In this document: piece by piece, positions 33,988 to 47,260 of the stretch
Numbering within the stretch: the first letter of the stretch is position 1
Layout: each line of letters starts with the position of its first letter
Assembly (NCBI GenBank): GCA_032718475.1
Contig: JAUCBJ010002484.1
Coordinates: 1 to 61,142 of the forward strand
Direction: 5' to 3'
DNA length: 61,142 nt
From: Nemertoderma westbladi
Lineage: Eukaryota; Animalia; Xenacoelomorpha
Made by a program: the position numbers and the translations under genes
Notes under the pieces: generated by a model
Databases searched by the model: none
What the model saw: the letters and a program-made list of their open reading frames with translations, nothing else
Told to the model about the DNA's origin: nothing

Positions 33988-34820
33988 TGTCTGAGACCGA
34001 GCAATTAGTTATTCCAACAACACTTGTCAGTGAAAACGTTAATGGCCCAGAGTCCAGATGCAGTCACAAGATTGCTTCAACATACCCTTATGACAATGAG
34101 GAGCTCCGATTGCTAATCGACCAGTCTGATAGCTGTAGTCAGGAAATAAAGATCAACATGAAAGGAGTCTACAGCGCTGATTTATGCTGGTACGATCGGA
34201 TAGGTGGTGCACATGATTTCCGCAGCTGGGGCCCGGGAGAGTGCAACCAGAGTGGAGAGGATTGTATTGAAACAGTCGTTATTAATGATAAAGCTCTGTT
34301 GCCTGTTACAGAACTCGGCTTAGGGGATACCGGGTCGTCTAGTGAAGAGATTTATTGGGAGGAAGTTGGTGACATAATCTGCAACAGCCGTTGTTTAAAC
34401 AAACCATCAAAATCCATATTTAATGCCAATCTAGAGAATAATTCTGTCAAGGGATATGAATCTGCCTGCGGTTATGAGATTGAGATTCAATATGATGCAC
34501 CAGTCGCTGAGATCGTACAAACGATTAATGATGCACTGCACTGTGGGGGTATTTGCTATCAGACAATAACGATGAATTCACGTGGCGCTGCATCGGAAGA
34601 CCAGTGTTGGATTGATGTCGATAATGGATCCCACACTTTTGATCACGAATCCCCAGTGCCATTAAAATGCCACCAGAGTTCAAATTTCTGCACGGAGATA
34701 ATTACCATCACAAACGCCGCTCAGTTGCCGCTCACCATGTTAGCATTGGGCGATACTGGTAACAGTGGCGAAGAAATACGATCGGTGGAGGTGAGCGATC
34801 TGGTCTGCGAAAAGATTTAA
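33988..34820 (+). CDS. CAP/SCP protein, exon 5: two CASPR/neurexin-IV-like fibrinogen/COLFI-type modules
   Basis: Polypyrimidine-AG acceptor, phase 1. Two repeats of Y..LI..S..C.Q.I...CW.D..G..H...C.....C.E...I.....LP.T.L.LGDTG.S.EEI...V.D..C. Exon total is 1461 nt (486 aa plus stop). Confidence 0.8.
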
Positions 34821-35987
34821 TGAAGAGACTGAAGGCTGCAAAATCAGTGTGGGACTGGTGAAGGGAAAGCAATCGACTCTAGGTAAACGTTACAGCACAA
34901 ATCACTACCATCACCTCATCAGTCAACTTTTCCTCCCCTATCATTACCGAGACTTGTGCTAAGATTCTCTTAGCATTAGAAGGTTCATTCTAAAAGATGG
35001 TCAACCAAAGTTATCACCACTGACACTTCACTCAACATTATTATAGTCCCCCAACCGCACACCACCCACTCAACCCAAACCAACCTCACAATATACCCCT
35101 CATGCCATCTCACACCACCCACCACCCAATCTCACCACTATATACCAGCCCACATACCTTCACAACCACCTCTCACCCAATCACACCATCATCATCACCA
35201 AACTCAGCAATTTCAGTTACTGTTGGTTCAACTAGTGTAGGAAGTTTTAAAGTTACCGAAACTAAACTACTGGGCTTTTTATTATACGAAGGTGTTGGTT
35301 ATTTACTTTTATTTAAAAGGGTGAAATCATTGCAGATGTTAGATATTATTATAACTAATTATTATCCCTGAAAAACACTACCATTTTCACATATTTATAG
35401 CTGGACAGCCAGACACACTTTATAACCTGGTTAAATACGAGTTATATAGAAATACATGCGTGAGCTACTTTATATCCCGTATACAAACTTTTCATGAGTG
35501 TTATTAATAGAACCCACTCAATAAATTGATAATTTTATTAACGTTGTTAATTCGCCGAGTTGGACTTGCATTAAATTCCCCCCCCCCCCCCCTCACCACA
35601 TTTTATATGTTTCCTACGCAATGCAACGTAACTTATATTCTAGAATTTACACCTTGTCCTGGAGTAAATGTAATTCGGAAATCTGAATATCTAAGAAATT
35701 TTAATTTTATAATATTTTTTCTTCTATTTTTAGCAATAAGATATTAAAGAAGTGTTTAATCTACACATTGCTAGAGATTTTAAAATTAATTCCGGGATCT
35801 TTGTATGTTAGCTAATAGCTAGCTTAAAAACTCAAAATGCGATTTTCGTGTGATTTATTTTGATTATTATTCATAATGAGCTATTAGTTTTCATGGTAGC
35901 TAGTGATATATTCATAACTATAAGATAGAGACAGATTGGTTGTTTGGTTTGGCTTAGGAATATTAATTAATTAGAATGGAGTGAGCG

Positions 35988-36093
35988 CATGCAAATTGCC
36001 CTCAATGTGCATGCATATTGCACACAATGTGCATGCAAATTGCACACAATGTGCATGCATATTGTACACAATGTGCATGCATATTGTACACAA
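35988..36093. repeat. 22-bp minisatellite
   Basis: aatgtgcatgca(a/t)attg(c/t)acac repeated about 4-5 times. Confidence 0.85.
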
Positions 36094-37825
36094 TATTTTC
36101 TGCTAGCTGGTACATGCTACTGTACTATAATGTTCTAGAACAAATTGTTTATATTCCAGAAATACTTTGTAAATATTTTTGAACATTTTATTATTGGTAC
36201 CGGTTCTAGTATATTATGTATAGCCATGGTACTAGTATAGTACCACCCATAAAAAATATAGCCTAAAATTAGGCCCTATATAGGCCTAGTACCGTACCGG
36301 TACCTAAAATAAAATATTCATTTTTTTCAAATTATTTTTAATATTTTCAAAAAATACTAGCTAATAAAAAACACTAGCTACCATAAAAAATATCTAATAA
36401 GGTTCTAGAACATTAACCAATTTTCTAGAACATAATAAAATGCAATAAAACCAAATAAAAAGACAAATTTTTACAAATTTGCTGTACCATGGCTATATAT
36501 AGGCTTACTATAATAGTATCTTTTTAATTATGTTTCAGGTACCGGTAGCTAGTATTTTAATTATTTTTACGAGCTAGAATTGTTTGAAATTTTAAAAATA
36601 ATATTTTTTATTTTTGTTATTGGCAAGTGTTCTAGAACATTAGTAGATATTATATACTACGATATCTATTGGTTTTTATTTTTTTTACTAGCTAGTATTT
36701 ATATTCAAATTATAAAAAAAATTGTTTGATGCAAAAAAACATTAGCTATTTACATTTGCCTATTTAAGCGGTACTTTATCGTTATTACGTGCCCCAAGAT
36801 TTATTTCGTTATTACGTTCCCAAACGTTGTTCGACAATTCTTTATGCGGTTGCAGTTCCGTATAGAACTGCATTACAGACTTGCTTTTCATTTGGGACTG
36901 CCAAATTAAGCCATCACTCAGCTTTATATCGCTCATCTCTCTCATCTCATTTTGGCAGTTCGGGCATTGACTTTCATTAATAATAAACCATGAAGCTTGA
37001 AATCATCTCTTGTGGCAGTAGCAGTGATTAATTCACGATAGTTAACGTTTGAAACTACAGGGAAATTCATGTGTAGTGTTTTCAATAATATACAGCGTCA
37101 ACCTGTACATTTATTAATATTGTTATTGTTATGTATATTGTTATTGTATTGTTGTTGTATATTGTTTACTAGATATTTTAAATTTGATAAATAACTAGTT
37201 ATATATGTTCTAGAAAATTATATTTGTAATTTTATTTTTGTTCTAAAATAGTGTATTTAATATTGTTCTAGAACTCTACAATGATGCCATGGTAACAATG
37301 ATTTATGTTATAAAAACATTGGAACATACACATGTTATAGTAACATAAATAAACTTTGGGGCATGTAATAACGAAAAGTATATAGTATAAATATATAGTA
37401 TTATATATATTATAGAGTATAATTAAAATGTATTATGCCATTTTTTCTCAACATACAACATACAGAAATATCACTAAAAAATGTTCTGGAAAAAATATCT
37501 GTACTATAACATATTTTTTTAATTTAATTTAATTTAATTTAATCTAGAACATTTTGTAGAATAATACATAAAAAAAATGGAATATTCTAGCTATCATGTA
37601 TTTATTAACAAAATGTTAATACAAAAGTAAATGTTATCAAAAACAAATGTTCGTGAAAGGGTGTGTAAACAACACATATATCTAATAACGAACTTATTTT
37701 TGTTTTTAAACCAAATTTATGAAATATTGAAATTGAAAATAATTCCCGAAGATTTAAAGAAGGCTGATATAAATAATATATGCATGCAGCTGTGATATAC
37801 CATTATTGTACCAAGTGATATCGTG

Positions 37826-39765
37826 ATGTCTACGAGTACAACACGTACTGGTAGTGATGAGGTGTTTTATGAGTTACATAAATGTAACGAAAAGTGTTGT
37901 CCACCTGAGTTGGAGAAGTCTGGTACTGAAATCGGCGCCGTCAAAATAGGGTGGAATAGGCCACGTAATTGGATACCAACGTTCTTCAAACTGCTAAAAG
38001 GTACAAAACATAACGGAAGTTATAGTGGTGAAATATTTTCTGAACTTCATAGATGTAGTGAATTTTGTCCTCCCATGACGGCAAAACCTGGATTTGAAGC
38101 AAAGAAAAATAGATTTCATGCCCTCGACATGGCTTGGAATAGGCCACCCAAATGGACACCCTCATTATTCAAAAGGAATTTTGAAAATGAAGTAAACCCT
38201 ACTGAAGACATTGAAAGGTCTTTAGACAATAAAATTTCTACGGACAAGAAACGGTCTACCGACATGAAAAGGGAAAATAGACGAAGGTTTACGGTGAATG
38301 TTTGGAGTAGAAAACGTAGATTAATTTTTGGACTTCTTATTGGCCTATTGGTCGCGGTGATATCTGGAGTAATAACTTGGGTTATTTGGAAGGAACTTAA
38401 AGATGATACTTCTGGGACCACACCCCCACCCAGCACTATAACAACACCCCCACCCATCACTATATCAACACCCCCACTCACCACTATAACACCCACACCA
38501 ACCAGAACAACACCTCCACCCTCTACTACAGTATAACACCTGTAATTACCAGTAGGCCGACAATACAATCAGTTTTAGCTACTACTACAACACACTCCCA
38601 ACCGCTACAAGACACTCATCTACCGCTACAAGACACTCATCTACTGCTACAACGCACGCCCCTACCGCTACAACACACTCATATACTGCTACAACACACT
38701 CCTCTACCGCTACAATAAAACCCTCCTATAACTACAACGCACTCATCTACTGCTACAACATACGCCACTAACGCTACAACACACCCACCTACTACTACAA
38801 CACACTCATCTACTGCTACAACATACGCCACTAACGCTACAACACACCCACCTACTACTACAACACACTCATCTACTGCTACAACATACGCCACTAACGC
38901 TACAACACACCCACCTACTACTACAACACACTCATCTACTGCTACAACATACGCCACTAACGCTACAACACACCCACCTACTACTACAACACACTCATCT
39001 ACTGCTACAACACACCCACCCACTACTACAACACACTCATCTACTGCTACAACATACGCCACTAACGCTACAACACACCCACCTACTACTACAACACACT
39101 CATCTACTGCTACAACATACGCCACTAACGCTACAATACACCCACCCACTACTACAACACACTCATCTACTGCTACAACACACCCACGCACTACTACAAC
39201 ACAAGCCCACTTGTTTCCATGCTACAATAATAACGGTACACCGTGTACTAACACCGAACAATGATTGGCATTACAAAAGAATCTGACCTGCCTGGACTCT
39301 GATACTTAATACAGTATCGAAATCGCCCCTCTGCCATTAATTTCAATATAAATTTGACTGATTATAAAGATGGATTTGGGAACAACAGTCGTGAGTCGTG
39401 GGTACTACTGAGTCGGTTTAGAAACAAGACATTGGGTAACAACACATTGGGAATGCGATCTAAAAATAAGAAATCTTATCATAGCTCAGTATACGAATAT
39501 ATACGAATGTAACCATGGATTCAGAAGAATATAACTACACACGCTTATATACGGAGGATTTTATTCTGAAAATATAATAGTTATCGATACATGGTTGGCT
39601 GAAGATCGGACCGGAGGTTGGTGGCAAACAAAAGAATCGAAAACAAACCCCAACGGAGATTATCGGTCTGCTGATGGTGCAATGGGATCCTCTTGAGGCG
39701 ATCGCAGGGTTGATATTTCGTTTGAAATGTCAATTGCAGAATCTGGTACTTTTTCAGTTAATTAA
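37826..39765 (+). pseudogene. Intronless type II membrane protein: duplicated Cys motif, TM, Thr-rich mucin stalk, fibrinogen-like (FReD) domain; frameshifted
   Basis: TM LIFGLLIGLLVAVISGVITWVIW after RKRR; stop at 38536; TTTTHSSTATTYATNATTHPP repeats; NFNINLTDYKDGFGNNSRESW (~39340) and GGWWQTKESKTNPNGDY (~39613) match FReD motifs. Confidence 0.7.
38580..39202 (+). repeat. 21/63-bp coding minisatellite (mucin-like)
   Basis: actactacaacacactcatctactgctacaacatacgccactaacgctacaacacacccacct units. Confidence 0.9.
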
Positions 39766-40015
39766 TGCCCGAGTACACCTTATACTACTATTGTGATGAA
39801 TACTGTAATGTAAATGACGCATCTTTTATTGATTAAACTCTTCATATTATTTTGTTTGTCATTTTTTTACTGTGCGGAAAAACTTATGCAACATAACACA
39901 ACCATTTTTATCCTCTCTCAAAACGTCGCAATATACAAGGAGGCTCGCCAGGGGCGGATCTTGGAATTGGCTAAAGGGGTGACTGACATGCTAAGTCTGA
40001 GATACAGTAATCCAT

Positions 40016-40162
40016 AATCAGAGGTGTGGGGTCACAGTCCCCAACAGGGTTTAGCTGTGGGTGGAATCAGAGGTGTGGGGTCACAGTCCCCAACAGGGTT
40101 TAGCTGTGGGTGGAATCAGAGGTGTGGGGTCACAGTCCCCAACAGGGTTTAGCTGTGGGTGG
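40016..40162. repeat. Perfect 49-bp tandem repeat x3
   Basis: aatcagaggtgtggggtcacagtccccaacagggtttagctgtgggtgg. Confidence 0.95.
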
Positions 40163-40372
40163 AGCCCCGTTGGGGGCGGGAATATACTGTAGTATGGGTA
40201 TGCTATGTGGTAGTCCCCCCCCCCACTCCCGCACCGCCCCAACAAATTTTCAAATTATTTATCATTAGGTATTTTTATTATTATTCAATATTATTTAGTA
40301 TAAAATCCTCAAAAATAAATTGAACAAAATTATTATAATTTGTTGAACTTCAGTAAACTAATAATTTTTTTG

Positions 40373-40652
40373 GGCCCATGTGAAGAATACCAGACTTTCT
40401 GCCGTTATATTTCACTTTGCAGTTACCTCCATGTGAAGAATACCAGGTTTTCGCCAAAAACACAGGTTACAGAAGGGCTGAATCTAACCAAAACAATAAA
40501 CGAATTAGTAAATGTACAGGTTATAAGACAGAAATAAGCGCTATAAAACACTTAATAAAGATACATTAAAAAAAATAAAAGATCTTCTTCATATATAAAA
40601 TTCCAATAAAAAGTCGACCGAAAAGTGAAATCCTGGTTTTCTTCACATGGGC
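40373..40652. mobile_element. Small MITE-like element
   Basis: gcccatgtgaagaataccag ... ctggttttcttcacatgggc inverted termini, with an internal extra copy at ~40429. Confidence 0.55.
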
Positions 40653-40818
40653 GTTTTTTCAATTTATTAACCGTATTATTTTTTGTCAAAAAGAGAAATA
40701 ACCTTTTTGTTAACTCCAAGAAATTGATGAGTTAATATATATAATTTATATAAGTAGTAACAACCGACGATTCCTCTATGGGCATAGCAATCTATAACTT
40801 TCCCTGAGTTTCTTTGGA

Positions 40819-41450
40819 CTACTTGCTACTACTACTAGTATCGGCATGCTGCATTGCAGCTGCATTTTTAAGAATGCTGTGCCGGCTTGTCGACAACATT
40901 GCGCCGCCACAACTCCCTATCACCCATGACATTTGCTAGATCATCCGCATCTTCAAGGCCAGTGTCCTTTAAGATGCGTCTCAAGAAAGTCATGGGCTGT
41001 CCACCATGCTTATTCACTCCATGAGGCTGCCAAAGTACAAGATTATGCACTGGCTGGTCCTCACGGCGAAAGCAATGTCCTGCAAAGCGGAGGCGATTTT
41101 GTTCTAGTGTCAAGCTTGGGGAACCAATGAGACACCTCCAATGTTATATAGTGTCTGGTTGGAGATGTGTGCATTGAACTTGACACAATAAACCCGGCGT
41201 AGCATTCTTGTGAATGTGCCGTCCAGAGATTTGGTGTCCTCAGCAGTTAGAGCCCAGCATGGACTCCCATAGAGGAGTACTGGAACTACTGCTGCTCTAA
41301 ATAACCGGACCTTAAGTTTCCGATTAATTCTCGGTGACTTACAAATCCTGGAAAGCCTATTCAAGGCTGCCCATGCCTTTCCCTTACGTATTCGAAGGTC
41401 CTCACCTGACTTCCGGATCCATGATCCCAGGTAACAGAAGTCATCCACAT
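40819..41450 (-). mobile_element. 5'-truncated RTE-clade LINE with (TAG)n tail
   Basis: DDFCYLGS...RKLKVRLFRAAVVPVLLYGS..W...RLRFAGHCFR; near-identical to 44643-45270. Confidence 0.88.
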
Positions 41451-41467
41451 GACTCCACCTACTCCAC

Positions 41468-41962
41468 TACTCCACCTACTGGCTCCCTAAGTTGAGGAAA
41501 TCCTGCCAAGTACCTAACTGATCTAGACTTTGCTGATGTCTTAGGAGTACTCTCAGTATCACTAGAGGGAGCCCAATGGCTCCTCAGCTCATTAGAACAG
41601 GCTGCTTCTAGTGTTGGTCTTTTTATTAACTCCTAAAAGACCAAAATTTTGACAGTTAAATTTGAAAGTCCTCAGCAAGTATCTGACCGGATGAGCATAA
41701 GCTCAAAGGATGGTATGCTTGAGCATGTGGACGACTTCTGTTACCTGGGATCATGGATCCGGAAGAAACGTGAGAACCTTCGAATACGTAAGGGAAAGAG
41801 GCATGGGCAGCCTTGAATAGGCTTTCCAGGATTTGGAAATCACAGAGAATTAATCGGAATCTTAATTTACTTAACTTAATTTACTTCATTTTGTCGACAA
41901 GCCGGCACAGCATTCTTACGAATGCAGCTGCAATGCAGCAGGCCGATCCTAGTAGTAGTAGT
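41468..41962 (+). mobile_element. RTE-clade LINE fragment, head-to-head with the previous copy, internally deleted
   Basis: LDFADV(D)LGVL...DDFCYLGS, then a jump to the 3' end and an agtagtagtagt tail. Confidence 0.85.
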
Positions 41963-42420
41963 GCCAATCGTTTCAGGGTGGTAGAGGATCACTATCAGAT
42001 ATGTAGAGGCACAGCCATCATGTGTGGCTTATTCGTCCAGGCATGGCACTAACTAATTTTGAGTGCAATCACCAGTTATAACAGCCTGACAGATGTCATA
42101 AAGATAGCGTTGATCATTTGAGAATTGTTCTGTGATCTCATTGTCAACAGCAGGAAACGCTTGAATAGTGATTACCTCAAAGCCTGCAAGTGGTAATGTA
42201 TGACAATTATAGAGTCTTCTACCTACAAGTCCAGAGAATGTATTAGACCCAGTAGTAGGGCCATCTATTTCACATATCAAGTGACGTTGCGGTAACTCAT
42301 TGATGTGAATTAAACAAAGAGCATGTTGGGGGAAAGTGGTTTATTCAGATGCCATTCTAGAATTGCTATAACACCATTGTTCTTCCCAGTGTTGACATTG
42401 GTACTGTCACAATCAGCTGC
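41963..42420 (-). pseudogene. Degenerate DDE transposase fragment, hAT (hATm)-like
   Basis: CDSTNVNTGKNNGVIAILE..L.KPL...ELP.RHL...DGPTTG..TFSG..G...SNDQRYLYDICQAV.TG.C, with stops and frameshifts. Confidence 0.55.
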
Positions 42421-44324
42421 AAAACATTATAAATTTAAGATTGGTGCATTACATACATCATGTATTTATTTGACTTATTTTATTTATTTTGTTACATTAT
42501 GTCAACTTTTCAGCGTTCTGGTGAATTACTCGTAACGCTGCAAAGTATTCAATGGCATGGAAACAACTTCAACTACCGTATTCCAGAATGTATCATTTCA
42601 CTGTATTAAGGTTACTTTTCAGCGTTAAAGACACTTGTTTATTTATGTAAACCTCCCTCGCTGCGCTCGCTCGGTACATAAATAAACTCGGGTCATAACG
42701 CTGCAAAGTGCTACTTTGCACACAATGATGTAAATAGTTATTGTATTATTCCTTTACTTATTTAATTATAACTATAACCCTTATTTAATTACATTTTGTA
42801 AGTGGGTATTGTTTATATCTATGTACTGTATATTTTATAGTAGTAGACTAAATACCATAATACCATTCGATGTAGTTATTCTCTATCCATAGAGTGGAAG
42901 GGTTTACTGTGGAAGATCGGGATCACCCATGTTGGTGAACAGGTATTCCTTGGCTTAACGAGCCTAAAAGATTCACCCATTCATTACATAATATTTAATA
43001 CCGGTAGCTTTATATTACTTAGTCACATAACTTACCTACTAAGAGTTGATCCAATTTGGTGTCATTATTTTCCAGACATTCCGGAATAGACTTTGTAATG
43101 TTATGTGCACTACCCGTAGGTGATGTAGCATGACCAATAAAAATAAATTTGGTATAATCAGAAGCGCAAATGTATGCTCTTTAAGAATATAGAAAGTCCT
43201 CCGCAGCATACCTTGGTCAACTTTTTTTATAGCCATTTTCGTGAACCCTATCCATAAATATAATTAATTAATGTACATGATCTTCACTTGGAATATTTCA
43301 TTGTTGCTAAGAGACAATGTTATAATTCATAATACTTATCTGTTAATTACATACATAATTGTATACATAATGTAGACTGAAATTTACCGGTGTTAGCTAG
43401 TAGTTTACCCCACTCACGCCTGGTTGCTGGCGTTATATTGGTTGCAAGGCAAACAAAGCTTGAATTTGACCTATTAATATTATTATTACGTTCTCCAAAC
43501 TTAGTAATGATTTAGATCTGGGGTCTAGTTATGCATGTCTGACTCATCAACTGAACATACTGTAAGGGACATGCCTATCAAAATACTCGACTGGCTTGTA
43601 TGCACACTAGTTAGATGTGCTTAATTATTCTGAAAATATAATGGGGTATGGTAAATTCCATATTGACATCATCTCAACATTTCACAATAAAAAATTGCAT
43701 AATATTACTAAAATAATTGCCAATTAGGTTTTGACAAATTTTTCAAAAAATTCAATATTAAATTTTTTTAAATGGAAATATTTCATGATGAAATTATTCC
43801 TCAACATCGATGCAACATTAAATAATCAAAATATTATATTCTGGAACACTGTTGTGGTAGCTAGTAAAAATTTGCCAAAACCTAATTGGCAATTATTTTA
43901 GTATGTAAATAATGCTCTAGAACAAAAAGAAATATTTAAATTTTAGAGAAATCTAACTACGCTTTACTATCACATTAAAGTAGTTAATAGTTTACAAAAT
44001 AAACAATTCATAACTGACTTTTTATTAGTAAAACTGGAGTTATTTATAGCAAGTTGTCTAGAACAAGAAAGTTTCATTAAAAGAGCAGTTTACTTGTTCA
44101 TGGATCGGCACTCTTGTCAAGCAAAAGGGTCCCAAAATGAGGTTTTTTCTAATACAAATTTTATACTTGGAAATACATTATAAATTGATTCTATCATGTT
44201 ATATTTCTGTTCTAGAAAATAAGTAGATATGTTTTTTTTTATGGTAGCTATTGTTTTTTTACTAGCTAGTATTTATTGAAATTATAAAAAAAAAAATAAA
44301 AAACTGGAGAAAGTTCTTAATTGA

Positions 44325-47260
44325 GTAATGAATGAACTAAAGGAAAGGTCTAGAACAGCAAAGTTGTGGCTTTCTTATATTGAGTGTGTTAACACCTTGA
44401 AGTTGTTCATTCGTGCAGAGAGAACCAGAGATTGGAATACGCATGGACTGATCTTATCATCGAACAAGTCATGATGAGATCTGTCAAGAGCAGAGGAGGT
44501 CTTACTAGAGGTCGAGGGATTACAGAATCTGTTAGATTGATGTGGGTATACAGTATCCATGAATGTGCCCAAGTGCATTATGCCATGACCACACTGACAG
44601 AACATTCTCTCAGGACCAGTAAACAGCATGTGGAGCTTACTACTACTACTACTACTACTAGGATCGGCATGCTGCATTGCAGCTGCCTTTTTAAGAATGC
44701 TGTGCCGGCTTGTCAACAAAATTGCACCGCCACAACTCCCTATCACCCATGACATTTGCTAGATCATCCGCATCTTTAAGGCCAGTGTCCTTTAAGATGC
44801 GTCTCAAGAAAGTCATGGGCTGTCCACCATGCTTATTCACTCCATGAGGCTGCCAAAGTACAAGATTATGCACTGGCTGGTCCTCACGGCGAAAGCAATG
44901 TCCTGCAAAGCGGAGGCGATTTTGTTCTAGTGTCAAGCTTGGGGGAACCAATGAGACACCTCCAATTTTATATAGTGTCTGGTTGGAGATGTGTGCAGTA
45001 CTTGACACAATTAACCCGGCGTAGCATTCTTGTGAATGTGCCATCCAGAGATTTGGTGTCCTCAGCAGTTAGAGCCCAGCATGGACTCCCGTAGAGGAGT
45101 ACTGGAACTACTGCTGCTCTAAATAATCGGACCTTAAGTTTCCGATTAATTCTCGGTGACTTCCAAATCCTGGAAAGCCTATTCAAGGCTGCCCATGCCT
45201 TTCCGTTACGTATTCGAAGGTCCTCACCTGACTTCTGGATCCATGATCCCAGGTAACAGAAGTCGTCCACATGCTCAAGCATACTATCCTTTGAGCTTAT
45301 GCTCATCCGATCAGAGACTTGCTGAGGACTTTCAAAGTTAACTGTCAGAATTTTGGTCTTTCTGGAGTTAATAAAAAGACCAACACTAGAAGCAGCATGT
45401 TCTAATGAGCTGAGGAGCCGTTGGGCTCCCTCTAATGATTCTGAGAGTACTCCTAAGTCATCAGCAAAGTCTAGATCAATTAGGTACTTGGCAGGATTTC
45501 CTCGACTTCTGGAGCCAGTAGGTGGAGTTATCATCACCCCATCATTATTATGATGATCTAAGGACATGCGTAGAACATAGTCAACCACCATAATGAACAA
45601 GAATGGTGCAAGTGTGTCTCCTTGGAGGACGCCCCATAACACTTCAAATGGTTCTGTGTCACCGTCAACAGTAGACAAAATGTTGTCGAACCATCGTATA
45701 CTGATCTGATTGCTGCAATAATTTCATCAGGAATCCCATATAATGAAAGTATGCTGAACATACGTGACCAAGAGACTGAATCAAAGGCCTTGAAGAAGTC
45801 AACAAAGATAACAGCCAGATGCCTGTCTTTCTTTTTTGGAGCTTACTATTGCAAGAAGAACAAGGGATATTGACGACATGGTTGAAATTATCAATTGGAT
45901 ATCCCAAAATAACCCATTTGACTCAAAACCTCCCTGGGTTGCGATCATTATCATCATGGTAATGGGATGCGAGAAATGCATAAAGATTGAAGGACAAGCT
46001 ATTCATATTGATCCAAATATGGTCCAAATATGATTCACAACTTATCATTGTTATGGAAAGATTTTCCAACTTCAGTATTCAAGGATTCTCAGATGCGAAA
46101 AACAAACAAAGCGGTTCTAGCACATCACCTTACTGTTGGTATTCCAGAAACCCGTTCACCAGAACATGCTACACATGTTTTAGATGGTGGTGCTCTACTT
46201 CAAAGGGTATGGTGGATACCAAAAGCTATGTACAGAGATATAGGTGCTCAATATCTGAAATATATTGAAGCAAATTATGGCCCATCCAACATTGTCTTTG
46301 ATGGATACAATGCATGGATCAATAAAAGACCCAGAACATCAGCGAAGGTAAGGAAAACATCTGCCAACATTCAAATTTGCGATGACTTGCAAGTAGCCCT
46401 CAAGTAGTCCCTCAAAATGTGTTTTTGTACAACGAGAAGAATAAAGATCAGTTGATAAAGATGTTGTCTCGTCTCTTTACAGCAGATGGACACTCAGTAG
46501 TTCAAAGTGAAGGCGATGCAGACACCGAGATTGTCTTTGAAGCACTGCGATTGGCTGCCAAAGGAGACACTGTGATTCTGGTAGCTGATGACACCGATAT
46601 TCTTGTTATTTTGTTATTGGATGTGACTCAACTTCTGCAATATTTGGGCATGGTAAATGTGAGCTAATTAAACTCATTTACAGATCACAAGAGATCCTTC
46701 GCTGTTGTGAAACGATAAATAATGAAAATTCTTCACAAACCGATGTTGCGAGTGCAGGGCAAAATATATTTAATAAAATGTATTCCGGAAAACCTGGGGA
46801 TTCACTTGATACACTCAGATATATCCTTTATATGGAGTTTGCTGCGACATCAACCAAGAAGTTGCAACCTGATCGACTTCTCCCTAATGAACGAACAGCA
46901 TTATTCCACTCCCTTCGAGTTCACCTGCAAGTTGTTGTATGGAAGAGTCTTGGTAAGTGTCTACTGGATCCTTACCAGTGGGGGTGGGAGGTGCAGAATA
47001 ATAAGTACATACCTGTAATGACGGATTTAGATCCTGCTCCGGAGGAAATTCTGCATTTTATAAGATGTAAGTGTAAGATCTCATCGAGAAATTGCTGTGG
47101 CACAAAGCAATGTTCTTGTCGAATACACGGGCTGACATGTGTAACTGCTTGCAGTGACTGCCGAGGAACTGATTGCAGTAATATAATCCAAGTCGTGCTA
47201 GACCAAGAAGGAGAAGCGGACGAATATGAAGATGGTACAACGTTATATAGTTCTGGATAG
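44325..47260 (+). pseudogene. Academ (AcademX-like) transposase remnant: XPG/PIN-like nuclease plus Cys-rich C-terminus
   Basis: SRTAKLWLSYI..LFIRAERT.DW; WTDLIIEQVMMRSVKSRGGLTRGRG; VLDGGALL..VFDGY; EGDADT..DDTDIL; HSLRVHLQ..WGW..PAP..CKC..CSC..GLTC..C..C.G..C.N. Interrupted by an RTE. Confidence 0.7.
44643..45836 (-). mobile_element. 5'-truncated RTE-clade LINE inserted in the Academ ORF
   Basis: FVDFFKAFDS, GVLQGDTLAPFLF, LDFADD; (TAG)n tail; 12-bp TSD tggagcttacta at 44631-44642 and 45837-45848. Confidence 0.92.

Noticed and set aside
38679-39191. 170-aa Val/Cys-rich minus-strand ORF (also 38116-38568)
   Set aside because: Antisense shadow of the Thr-rich minisatellite and TM gene on the plus strand.
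40016-40162. CRISPR-like repeat
   Set aside because: Contiguous identical units with no spacers, no cas genes and a eukaryotic context.
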